Notes under the pieces: generated by a model
Told to the model about the DNA's origin: nothing
The model's input: the letters and a program-made list of their open reading frames with translations, nothing else
Database searches by the model: none
DNA from: Polyangiaceae bacterium
GTDB taxonomy: Bacteria; Myxococcota_A; Polyangia; Polyangiales; Polyangiaceae
Reading direction: 5' to 3'
DNA: 64,000 nucleotides
Assembly: GCA_044222475.1 (NCBI GenBank)
Contig: JBGANF010000018.1
Location: forward strand, 21,512-85,511
Position numbers and translations under genes: made by a program
Part shown: one piece after another, positions 56,368-64,000 of the stretch
How positions within the stretch are numbered: position 1 is the stretch's first letter
How the letters are laid out: the number at the start of each line of letters is the position of its first letter

Positions 56368-56514
56368 CTCTGGTGACCGGGGCCGATGGGGGCGGGCCCC
56401 AACGTCAGGGGCTTCGCCCCCGACACCCCCACAGACGAGACTCGAAACTCTCCGGCAAGAGCCGGAGAGCTTTCTCGGTTGGGGGCCCGCCCCCAACGGC
56501 CCCGGTGACCAGAG
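56368..56514. mobile_element. MITE-like element with ~36-bp imperfect terminal inverted repeats, containing REP-like copy 3
   Basis: Left CTCTGGTGACCGGGGCCGATGGGGGCGGGCCCCAAC versus reverse complement of right CTCTGGTCACCGGGGCCGTTGGGGGCGGGCCCCCAAC; inner REP-like unit 56400-56430 and hairpin CTCTCCGGC-AAGA-GCCGGAGAG. Confidence 0.6.
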
Positions 56515-56520
56515 GCTAGG

Positions 56521-57036
56521 TCATTCTTGAACGGTCACTTTGATCATCTGCACCGGCGTCTTCGGGCGATCGCCCGGGCCGGTCGGCGTGGTGCCGATCT
56601 TCTTCACGACGTCCATCCCGTCGATGACCTTCCCGAAGACGGGGTGCTTCGACGCTCCGGGGGTGAACCAGTCGAGGTAGTCGTTGTGCTTCGTGTTGAT
56701 GAAGAACTGACAGGAGCCGCTGTTCGGCGAGCCGGTGTTGGCCATCGAGAGCGTGCCGACCTCGTTCGAGAGCTTCGCGTCCGGCGGGTGCTCGTCCTTG
56801 ATGGTTCCATGCGGGCTGTCGCCGGTGCCGGCGAGCGGGCTGTTCGGGTTCTTCGAGTGAGGGCAACCGAACTGGATCATGAAGTTCGGGATCACGCGGT
56901 GGAAGTGGAGGCCGTCGTAGAAGCCTTCCTTCGCGAGCCGGACGAAGTTGCCGGCCGTGATCGGCATCTTGTCGACGAAGAGCTCGACCTTCACGGTTCC
57001 AAGGGACGTTTCGAGGGTTGCGGTGGGGTTCGCCAT
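56521..57036 (-). CDS. Cyclophilin-type peptidyl-prolyl isomerase
   Basis: [48 protein letters not shown]. Confidence 0.95.
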   Translation of the reverse strand: MANPTATLETSLGTVKVELFVDKMPITAGNFVRLAKEGFYDGLHFHRVIPNFMIQFGCPHSKNPNSPLAGTGDSPHGTIKDEHPPDAKLSNEVGTLSMANTGSPNSGSCQFFINTKHNDYLDWFTPGASKHPVFGKVIDGMDVVKKIGTTPTGPGDRPKTPVQMIKVTVQE

Positions 57037-57070
57037 GGGGGAGCGAACGTACCATCGTCCAGCGGTACGG

Positions 57071-60000
57071 TCAGCCCCGTCGTCGACGGAGGACCACGAA
57101 GAGAAGGACGAACGCGCCGCCGATGGCGATCCGGCCATCCCCCGGTCCCGAGGCGTGGCAACCGCAGCCCGAATCGCCGCCGCCGAAGCTGGTTCCGCCG
57201 TCGGCCCCGCCGTCGACTCCGCCGTCGCCGCCGCGCGTTCCGATCGTGACGCCGTTGCTCACCACGTCGACGGAAGGACCCGCGGTGGAGAGCGCTCGCA
57301 CGGCGAACGTGTACCGCGCGCCGACGGTGAGGGTGAGGCCCTCGAGCGTCGTCTCGGTCACGGCGCCGACGTTCTTCCACGCGCCGAGAGCCTTCCCGTC
57401 CTCGGTGACGGCGACGACCTCGTAGCCGGTCGAGCCAGGAACGGCAGTCCATCGCGCTGCGAGGCGGTTGGTGGCGTAGATGAGCTCGGCGTCGTTCGGC
57501 CCCGGGCTGTCGGGGTCGACGTCGGTCACGCTGCCGGGTGAGGCGATGTTCTCGTTCTTCAGCCCGTAGAGATATCCATCCGCCGCGCCGACGACGATTT
57601 CGTCGCGCCCGTCGCCGTCGGTGTCGGCGAAGGTCGCTTCGCCGATCGCGACCCTGAACGGGACGACGAAATCGAGCGTGCCGTCGCACGGGTTCAGCGC
57701 GTAGAGGTAGCCATCGCTCGATCCGATCACGGCCGTCGGACGTCCCTTGCCCGTGAGGTTCTGGTGGACTGCGGCGCTCGTCAGCTGGCCGAGGTAGCCG
57801 CCGCTGCTCTTGGCCGCGCCTTCGTTGGCGAACGTCTGACCGTTCGCGAGAACCTGCGTCGAGTATTGCCCGATCGTGCCACCGGACAGCGGCGTGAGCT
57901 TCAGGCGCGACGGAAACTGCAGCGAGCCTTCGATGAGGACCGGGCCCGAGGGGCACGCCGCGATCGCTCCGTACGGGTAGGGACGATCGTCGTCGGTGGA
58001 GGTCCACAGCGACGCCGTGAGGGCGTGGTTGTACAGCTTCACGGGGGAGTAGCCGCCGTGGAGGAGCACCTCGTCACTGCCGTCGGCGTTGGTGTCGACG
58101 AGCGTGGGCATGTAGTACGCGTCGCCGGCGCCGCCGCTGGCGATGACGGTGCCGTTCGCGCCCGAGAGGACCTGCGTCGTCGGGCCCTGGGTGTAGACGT
58201 CGTCGAGGCCGTCGCCGTTCCACGGACCAATCGACACGCCCGCCGGTTGTCGACCGGCGCCGGGTGCGATCGGCGTCGCGTCCCACAGCTTGGCTCCATC
58301 GAGGCCCGAGAGCGCGCGTGTCCGAAGGACCACGTCGCTAGGGTCGCCCCACTGGACGACGAGATCGGGCGTGGCATCGGCGTTGATCTTTCCCGGTACG
58401 AGATCGCCGAGGGGGAACCGCTCGATCGGCTTGCTCCAGATCTCGGTCCCGTTCGCCTTGAGCACGGCGACGGACCAGTCGTTGTTGCTCTGCTTGAGGC
58501 ACGCGATTCCGGGCGCCGTGCCGTCGAGCCCGGGGACGAGCGTCGGGGCGGAGTGATCGAGCTTCTCCCACGTCACGGTGGGCGGGAGCGCCCAGCTCGC
58601 CGTCTTGGGATCGAACCGAAGGAGCGCGCCGCGGCTGTCGGCGACGACGATCGAGTCGGGATCTCCGCCCTGAAACGCGATCGAGCGCGGAGCGTTCCGG
58701 AGCTCGCGCCACGATCCGCTCGCGTAGTAACCGCCGACGCGAAGCGTGAGCTTGCGGGGGAACTCGCCACCGGTGGTGGCTGGGGCGAGTCGGGCGTCGA
58801 GCAGATCGAGGATCCCGTCGGTGCGGGCGAGCGCGAACTGCGCGCCGGTGAGATCCTTCGTCGGCAGGGCCCACACGCTGAGGATGTTGGAGCCGTTCGT
58901 GAGGACGTTGCTCCCGAGGTCCTTCGTGACGCCGCCGGCACCGGACACGGCGAACAACGTCGGCGAACCTTGGGTCGAACGCAGGATGAGATCCTCGAGC
59001 CCGTCGCCGTCGGTGTCGCGCCGGAGAATGTCGGAGGCATAGCCGCCCTCCGCGAAGCGCTTCGCGTGATGGGTTCCGACGACGGCTCGGTTCGCGATTT
59101 GCCACCGCTGCGTCACCTGCGTGGTCGGCGCGCGCGCGAAGGTCCATCCGAGGAGGTTGTTCCCCGCTGCGGTGAGGAAGACGCGCTTGGCCTTGTCCTC
59201 CATCGCGGCCGTGCCGACGAGCTTGTGGCCCGCGATCGCCGGTACCAAATCGGTACCGGTAAGAGCATCGAGGATTCGCGTCTTCCAGCCGCCCGCGTTC
59301 GGGTCGTAGCCAGAGACGACGAGCTCGAGCTTCCCGTCACCATCGAGGTCCACGACGGGATCGACGATCGACACGTCGCCGCCGACGTCCGGAGCGAGCG
59401 TCGACTTCCACGGCGACTTGAGGGCGGACGTTCCGTCGTACTTGAGCGTGTAGACTTTGCGCTGATCGATGCCAGGTGAGTTCGAGTCGTTGAGGACGCA
59501 CGCGACCTCGTCGCCGGGGGCGCCGTCGAGGTTGGCGGCGAAGCAGTAGCTGATCGACGTCCACGTGCCGAGCGTCGCCGAGGTCGCGAGGACGCCGCCA
59601 TCGCTGCCGCGGTAGAGCTCGAAGTGGTCGTAGAGCCCGACGAGCAGGTCGAGCTTCCCGTCGCCGTCCATGTCCGCGTACATCACCGAGCGACTTCCAC
59701 CGCAGGCGACCGCGGGGAGGGTCCAGAGGAGCGACGGGTTCGCGAAGCCTGCGGCGAAAGAGCGGACGAACCCGGTCTTGCCGCTGTTGACGCCGCAGCA
59801 GCCGCACTCCATCGCGAGGACGTCGGCCTTTCCGTCGCCGTTCACGTCGGCGACGAGGGTGCGGGCGAGGGATCCCATCTCGCCATCGGGCTCCTCCCAC
59901 TCGAGGAGGCCAGTCGCGAGGGCGAAGACGAGGACCTTGTTGCTCGCGTTGGCGACGATGTCGAGCTTCCCGTCTCCGTCGAGATCCGCGATCGCGCTGA

Positions 60001-60325
60001 TGTAGCCGACGCCGTACGGCTTGGTCTGCCAGATGCCGCTGTCGTCGTTGCGCTTCGCCACGATGCGCCCGCTGGAAGCGAACAACAGGTCCAGTCGTCC
60101 GTCTCCGTCGACATCGGCTTCGGCCAGTTGGCTCGGGAAGAGCGATCCGCCGAGGTACGTGCGCCAATAGGGGACGGGCTTCGTCAGGTCGCTCTTGCCG
60201 GTCGCGGAGCCCGTGCGTTTGGCGTCATGGCGGGCCATGGGCCAGTCGGCCTGGGCGTGCGACGGGGCGATGGCGAGGACGGCGACCGCGGCGACTGCGG
60301 TGAAGACGGCGGAAGCGAAGCGCAT
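57071..60325 (-). CDS. Large FG-GAP/VCBS-repeat surface protein with FN3-like domain and MYXO-CTERM anchor
   Basis: Signal peptide [14 protein letters not shown]; many ADxDGDGxxD repeats; tail GCGC...[14 protein letters not shown]. Confidence 0.85.
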   Translation of the reverse strand: MRFASAVFTAVAAVAVLAIAPSHAQADWPMARHDAKRTGSATGKSDLTKPVPYWRTYLGGSLFPSQLAEADVDGDGRLDLLFASSGRIVAKRNDDSGIWQTKPYGVGYISAIADLDGDGKLDIVANASNKVLVFALATGLLEWEEPDGEMGSLARTLVADVNGDGKADVLAMECGCCGVNSGKTGFVRSFAAGFANPSLLWTLPAVACGGSRSVMYADMDGDGKLDLLVGLYDHFELYRGSDGGVLATSATLGTWTSISYCFAANLDGAPGDEVACVLNDSNSPGIDQRKVYTLKYDGTSALKSPWKSTLAPDVGGDVSIVDPVVDLDGDGKLELVVSGYDPNAGGWKTRILDALTGTDLVPAIAGHKLVGTAAMEDKAKRVFLTAAGNNLLGWTFARAPTTQVTQRWQIANRAVVGTHHAKRFAEGGYASDILRRDTDGDGLEDLILRSTQGSPTLFAVSGAGGVTKDLGSNVLTNGSNILSVWALPTKDLTGAQFALARTDGILDLLDARLAPATTGGEFPRKLTLRVGGYYASGSWRELRNAPRSIAFQGGDPDSIVVADSRGALLRFDPKTASWALPPTVTWEKLDHSAPTLVPGLDGTAPGIACLKQSNNDWSVAVLKANGTEIWSKPIERFPLGDLVPGKINADATPDLVVQWGDPSDVVLRTRALSGLDGAKLWDATPIAPGAGRQPAGVSIGPWNGDGLDDVYTQGPTTQVLSGANGTVIASGGAGDAYYMPTLVDTNADGSDEVLLHGGYSPVKLYNHALTASLWTSTDDDRPYPYGAIAACPSGPVLIEGSLQFPSRLKLTPLSGGTIGQYSTQVLANGQTFANEGAAKSSGGYLGQLTSAAVHQNLTGKGRPTAVIGSSDGYLYALNPCDGTLDFVVPFRVAIGEATFADTDGDGRDEIVVGAADGYLYGLKNENIASPGSVTDVDPDSPGPNDAELIYATNRLAARWTAVPGSTGYEVVAVTEDGKALGAWKNVGAVTETTLEGLTLTVGARYTFAVRALSTAGPSVDVVSNGVTIGTRGGDGGVDGGADGGTSFGGGDSGCGCHASGPGDGRIAIGGAFVLLFVVLRRRRG

Positions 60326-60382
60326 GCGAGACCTCCAGTCGATGGGAGCGTAGCGCTTTTGGGCTGACCCTGGAGCGCTTCC

Positions 60383-61609
60383 TCAGTGCGTGATGTAGCG
60401 CCCGTCCCACGGGGCCTCGCGGTCCGGCGCGGCGCGCGTGCTCATGGCGGCCAGGACGATGGCGTCCCCCACGAGCGGCGAGAGGAGGAATCGCCGCTTG
60501 CCCCCGAGCGACACGGTGACGCCCATCCACTCGCCGATTGCGATCATGTCGTCGAGCCACGCTTCGTCGCCGAGGGTCTTGGCCGCCGCCAGCGAGAAGC
60601 CGGTCCCCGACGGCGACGTGCCGAGCACGACCGGCCCTGAGTCGACGTCGCCGGAGCCCTTCGCGCAACTTTCGTACTCGCAGACCGCGCCGCCGAAGGG
60701 CCAGAGCGACTTGCGGAAATGATCATGGAGCGCCGACGCCTGCGCCTTCGCGAGCGCGTGATCGACGAACGGGAGGTACAGCGAATTCCAGCCGACGCCG
60801 GAGCCGCGCGCGTGCCCCTTCGCCTTCCCCTGCTCGTCCGCGAGGAACACGATCGCGCCGCTCGATGCGTCGACGAGGTGATCCGACACCCAACGCTTCC
60901 ACTTCGCGAGCACCGGCGCCGCGAGGGCGGTCCGCTCGGTCTGACCGGTGCGATCGATCCCGCCCATCGCGATCGCCGCGCCGACGACCATGTTGTCCGC
61001 GGTGTAGCGCTCGCCGGGGTAGGTCTCGAGGATCGGAGAGGGACCGGCAGAGACGCGGCGACGGAGCGCAGCGAGCACCGGCTTCTCGTGCGGATCCTCG
61101 CCGCCACCGACGATGCGCTTCGCCTCGAGGATGATCGCCAGGTGGCCGAGGTACCCGATGTGGGGCGAGTCCCCGTTCAACGTGTCGAGCGCGTCCTCTC
61201 CCCAGCGCTCGGTGTCGAACGCGCGCGTCTCCTTCGCGAGCGCGAGCTCGAGGCATCGATCGACGATCTCCTTCGCGCGCGGCACCGTGTCGGGGTAGCT
61301 GAACGTCATGTTCGCGGTGGCCATCGCCGTCATCGACAACGTGACGAGGACCCACTCCCCGCCGAACTGGCCGCCCGGAGCGGTCTGCGCGTTCACGTCG
61401 GCGAGGCGCGACGCGAGGTAGTCTCGCCGCTCGACCAGGCTGGTCTCGGCGCGCTCGTCGAGCAACGCCTGGGCGTTTTGCTTCCCTACGGCGTAAGCGA
61501 ACAGCCGCACGACGACGAGGCCGGCGACGACCAGGCCGAGGCGTGCGCCGACCCCGCGGAAGCGGGTGCGAAGCGGGGTGCGCGGTGCGGGCGTCGCCGA
61601 CGTGCCCAT
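60383..61609 (-). CDS. Membrane-anchored helical protein, possibly linalool dehydratase/isomerase-like
   Basis: N-terminal TM; GEW, YLGHL, LETYPGERY..DN, ARGS, GDVDSGP motifs. Family assignment is from memory and tentative. Confidence 0.5.
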   Translation of the reverse strand: MGTSATPAPRTPLRTRFRGVGARLGLVVAGLVVVRLFAYAVGKQNAQALLDERAETSLVERRDYLASRLADVNAQTAPGGQFGGEWVLVTLSMTAMATANMTFSYPDTVPRAKEIVDRCLELALAKETRAFDTERWGEDALDTLNGDSPHIGYLGHLAIILEAKRIVGGGEDPHEKPVLAALRRRVSAGPSPILETYPGERYTADNMVVGAAIAMGGIDRTGQTERTALAAPVLAKWKRWVSDHLVDASSGAIVFLADEQGKAKGHARGSGVGWNSLYLPFVDHALAKAQASALHDHFRKSLWPFGGAVCEYESCAKGSGDVDSGPVVLGTSPSGTGFSLAAAKTLGDEAWLDDMIAIGEWMGVTVSLGGKRRFLLSPLVGDAIVLAAMSTRAAPDREAPWDGRYITH

Positions 61610-61676
61610 CGCTGCAGTGTGTCACGTTTATTGGCTTGCAGCGGCTTGCGATGCGAGCGAGAACCCCACCCGCAAG

Positions 61677-62300
61677 ATGGCTCACGAAGCGATGCTCACG
61701 CTGCCCGTTCGTCCCGCAGCCATCACCCTCGACGCGGTCGCCACCGCGGACGCGTGCCGTCGGGCCGCGCTCCGCATCGTGCAGGGGGCGGCGCTCGGCT
61801 GGGGCAAGGAAGAGCTCGCGCGCTGGCTTCGCGAGACGTACGCGCCGCTCGCCGTACGCGACGCCGACTCGCTCCCGCCTTCGAGCGGGACGTCTCAGAC
61901 GAAGAACCTCGCCGACGATCGCATCGAGCGGATGCTCGGCTACATGCGGGCCGACGTGCTGCTGGTCCTGCGCGAGATGCAGGATCGCGACGGTCTCGAT
62001 GCGTTCGCCGCCGACTTCGTGGACCAGAAGCTCGTGATGCGGGTCGCCGATCTCGACGGTGCGCCGTGCGTGGTCCCGCGCGCGCGGTCGCGCATGCTCC
62101 TCCTCGACCGCGTGCTCTCGCTGTTCGCGGTCGACGCGATGACTCGGCCGCGCGACTACACCGAGGCGCTCTTCGTGTGCTCGCGTTGCGACTCGCCGGT
62201 CTTCGATCGCGACGGCCGCGAGATCGGCAAGTGCCTGCTCCACCGCAGCGGCGTCCTCGGCGAGGACGATCTCGACTACGCGCTGCTGCGAAGCTCTTGA
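61677..62300 (+). CDS. Hypothetical protein with C-terminal putative Zn finger (CxxC...CxxH)
   Basis: VCSRCDSPVF...KCLLH; coding-like codon usage; start uncertain. Confidence 0.6.
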   Translation: MAHEAMLTLPVRPAAITLDAVATADACRRAALRIVQGAALGWGKEELARWLRETYAPLAVRDADSLPPSSGTSQTKNLADDRIERMLGYMRADVLLVLREMQDRDGLDAFAADFVDQKLVMRVADLDGAPCVVPRARSRMLLLDRVLSLFAVDAMTRPRDYTEALFVCSRCDSPVFDRDGREIGKCLLHRSGVLGEDDLDYALLRSS

Positions 62301-63658
62301 CCGTCCAGCTGGCGTTCTACGCCGGGACGCTCGAGGTCCGCGGCGCCGAGGCGACCGACCTGTCCGAGACCGCCGTGTGGGACGCGCGGGCGGCGTGCCA
62401 CCGCGCACCGGCGAGCGCGTACGCCGACGTGGTTCGCACGCTCGTTCGCGCGAAGCTGCCGTACGAGGACAAGGCGCGCGCCTACGGCGAGCTCACGATG
62501 CCCTTGCGCGTTCACCGCGCTCCGCGGCCGTACCAGAGCGAGGCGCTCGCCGCGTGGAGTCGCGCTCACGGGCGGGGCGTGGTCGTGCTGCCGACGGGGG
62601 CGGGGAAGACCCACGTCGCGGTGATGGCCATCGCGGAGAAGAAGCGCAGCACGCTCGTCGTCGCGCCGACGCTCGACCTCGTGCGGCAGTGGTACGACCT
62701 CCTCGGTGCGAGCTTCGGTACCGAAGTGGGATTGGTCGGAGGCGGCAGCCACGAGGTGCGCGATCTCACGGTGACGACGTACGACTCCGCCCACCTCCAC
62801 ATGGAGCACTTCGGCGCTCGCTTCGGCATCGTCGTGTTCGACGAGTGTCACCATCTCCCCAGCGGCGCGTACTCCTCCGCCGCGCGCGCGTGTTTGGCTC
62901 CGTATCGGCTGGGCCTCACGGCGACGCCGGAGCGCGCCGACGGGAGGGAAGACGCGTACGCCGCGCTCGTCGGACCGATCGTGTACCGCAAGGAGATCGT
63001 CGAGCTCTCGGGGGAGTACCTCGCCGACTACGAGACCGAGCGCGTCGAGGTCGAGCTGAACGACGCCGAGCGCATCGAGTACGACGAAGAGCGGGCGCTC
63101 TACCGAGACTTCGTGGCGATGAACCACATCCGGATGTCGAGCCCTACCGGTTGGAGCGAGTTCATCATGCTGTCGGCGCGCACGCCGGCGGGGCGACGCG
63201 CGATGAAGGCCTACCGGCGCCAGCGCGCGATCGCGTTCGCCGCGAGCGCGAAGCTACGGTACCTGGAGCACCTCCTTCATCGCCACGCGCGCGATCGAGC
63301 GATCCTCTTCACTCAAGACAACGAGACGGCGTACGAGATCTCCCGGCGGTTCTTGGTCCCGTGCATCACGCACCAGACCAAGGTGAAGGAGCGCAGCGCG
63401 ATCCTGCGCGGGCTCAGCGCCGGCGACTACGGAGCGGTCGTGACGTCGAAGGTGTTGAACGAGGGCGTCGACGTACCGGATGCGAACGTGGCGATCATCT
63501 TGTCCGGTAGCGGCTCGGTGCGAGAGCACGTGCAGCGGCTCGGTCGCGTCCTCCGCGCGAAGGAGGGAAAGCGCGCGCTGCTCTACGAGCTCGTCACGAA
63601 GGACACGATGGAGACCTACACGAGCGAGAGAAGGCGAGAGCACAGCGCGTACAAGTGA
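62297..63658 (+). CDS. XPB/Rad25-like SF2 helicase
   Basis: PRPYQ.EAL, VVLPTGAGKT, VFDECHHL, LGLTATPERADG, VLNEGVDVP.A, QRLGRVLR. TTG overlaps the upstream stop. Confidence 0.9.
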   Translation: MTVQLAFYAGTLEVRGAEATDLSETAVWDARAACHRAPASAYADVVRTLVRAKLPYEDKARAYGELTMPLRVHRAPRPYQSEALAAWSRAHGRGVVVLPTGAGKTHVAVMAIAEKKRSTLVVAPTLDLVRQWYDLLGASFGTEVGLVGGGSHEVRDLTVTTYDSAHLHMEHFGARFGIVVFDECHHLPSGAYSSAARACLAPYRLGLTATPERADGREDAYAALVGPIVYRKEIVELSGEYLADYETERVEVELNDAERIEYDEERALYRDFVAMNHIRMSSPTGWSEFIMLSARTPAGRRAMKAYRRQRAIAFAASAKLRYLEHLLHRHARDRAILFTQDNETAYEISRRFLVPCITHQTKVKERSAILRGLSAGDYGAVVTSKVLNEGVDVPDANVAIILSGSGSVREHVQRLGRVLRAKEGKRALLYELVTKDTMETYTSERRREHSAYK

Positions 63659-63680
63659 GCGTCGAGTCCGTAGCTGGCTG

Positions 63681-64000
63681 CTACGGGCATTCGCTCCCCA
63701 GCGGGGGATCGGGGTTGCAGTAGATGAACCCGCCGCCGGTCGTCTGGGTGAGGAGCAGGATCGTGTCGGCCTTGAGGGGAGCCGCGATGTCGTTCTGGTA
63801 CACGCGCACCACCGCGTCGTGTTGGGCCTTGCTCGCGACGAACACGTGGAGGATCTGCTTCACCCATTTGTCGGCCGGGAGCACCCGCTGCGACGAGCGG
63901 ATGACGCCGTCGAGCTTCTTCTCGATCAACGCCTGCACCTCGAGATCGGTGAACGTGAGGTTCGCGGGCTTGTACGCCCGCGTGACCGAGACGCCGACCT
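63681..64000 (-). CDS. Partial CDS (5' end outside window), possibly AAC4-like
   Basis: Frame open to the window end: VGVSVTRAYKP...LIEKKLDGV..SS..V...DKW.KQILHVF. Confidence 0.6.
   Translation of the reverse strand, partial: VGVSVTRAYKPANLTFTDLEVQALIEKKLDGVIRSSQRVLPADKWVKQILHVFVASKAQHDAVVRVYQNDIAAPLKADTILLLTQTTGGGFIYCNPDPPLGSECP

Overview
Very GC-rich, gene-dense bacterial chromosomal window. MYXO-CTERM-type anchors, Cys-rich lipoproteins, VWA lipoproteins and DAG/DGG linkers point to Myxococcota, most likely Polyangiales (inference). Mostly core genome. (1) A minus-strand rpoN-hpf-ptsN-hprK-rapZ-ptsH-ptsI cluster runs straight into a coupled trio: 5'-nucleotidase lipoprotein, OB-fold lipoprotein and a putative outer-membrane barrel that is cut by the window edge. 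(2) An outer-membrane cluster with two barrels, an AMIN-like protein and an LptD-like protein. (3) bfr-bfd with Fur-like boxes and a long G-U-containing hairpin. (4) A split kamD/kamE pair separated by an orphan rbfA-like gene and a phosphodiester glycosidase. (5) The RNase P RNA gene. (6) Several Fe-S genes: ygfZ, erpA/iscA, an orphan CoxS-like protein, yggX and a GltD+PyrK (NfnAB-like) fusion. (7) xerD, rpmB, hutG-like, trpG/pabA, a cyclophilin, an XPB-like helicase and several surface proteins. Small intergenic REP/MITE-like repeats are present. No CRISPR array, tRNA, rRNA, transposase or prophage was seen. The best candidates for undescribed biology are the putative extracellular nucleic-acid/nucleotide scavenging trio, a PPC+Tudor protein, a membrane protein with repeated (K/R)TMLG motifs, and the RNA structure between bfr and bfd. 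All family calls come from motif recognition by eye, not database searches, and many start codons were chosen manually.
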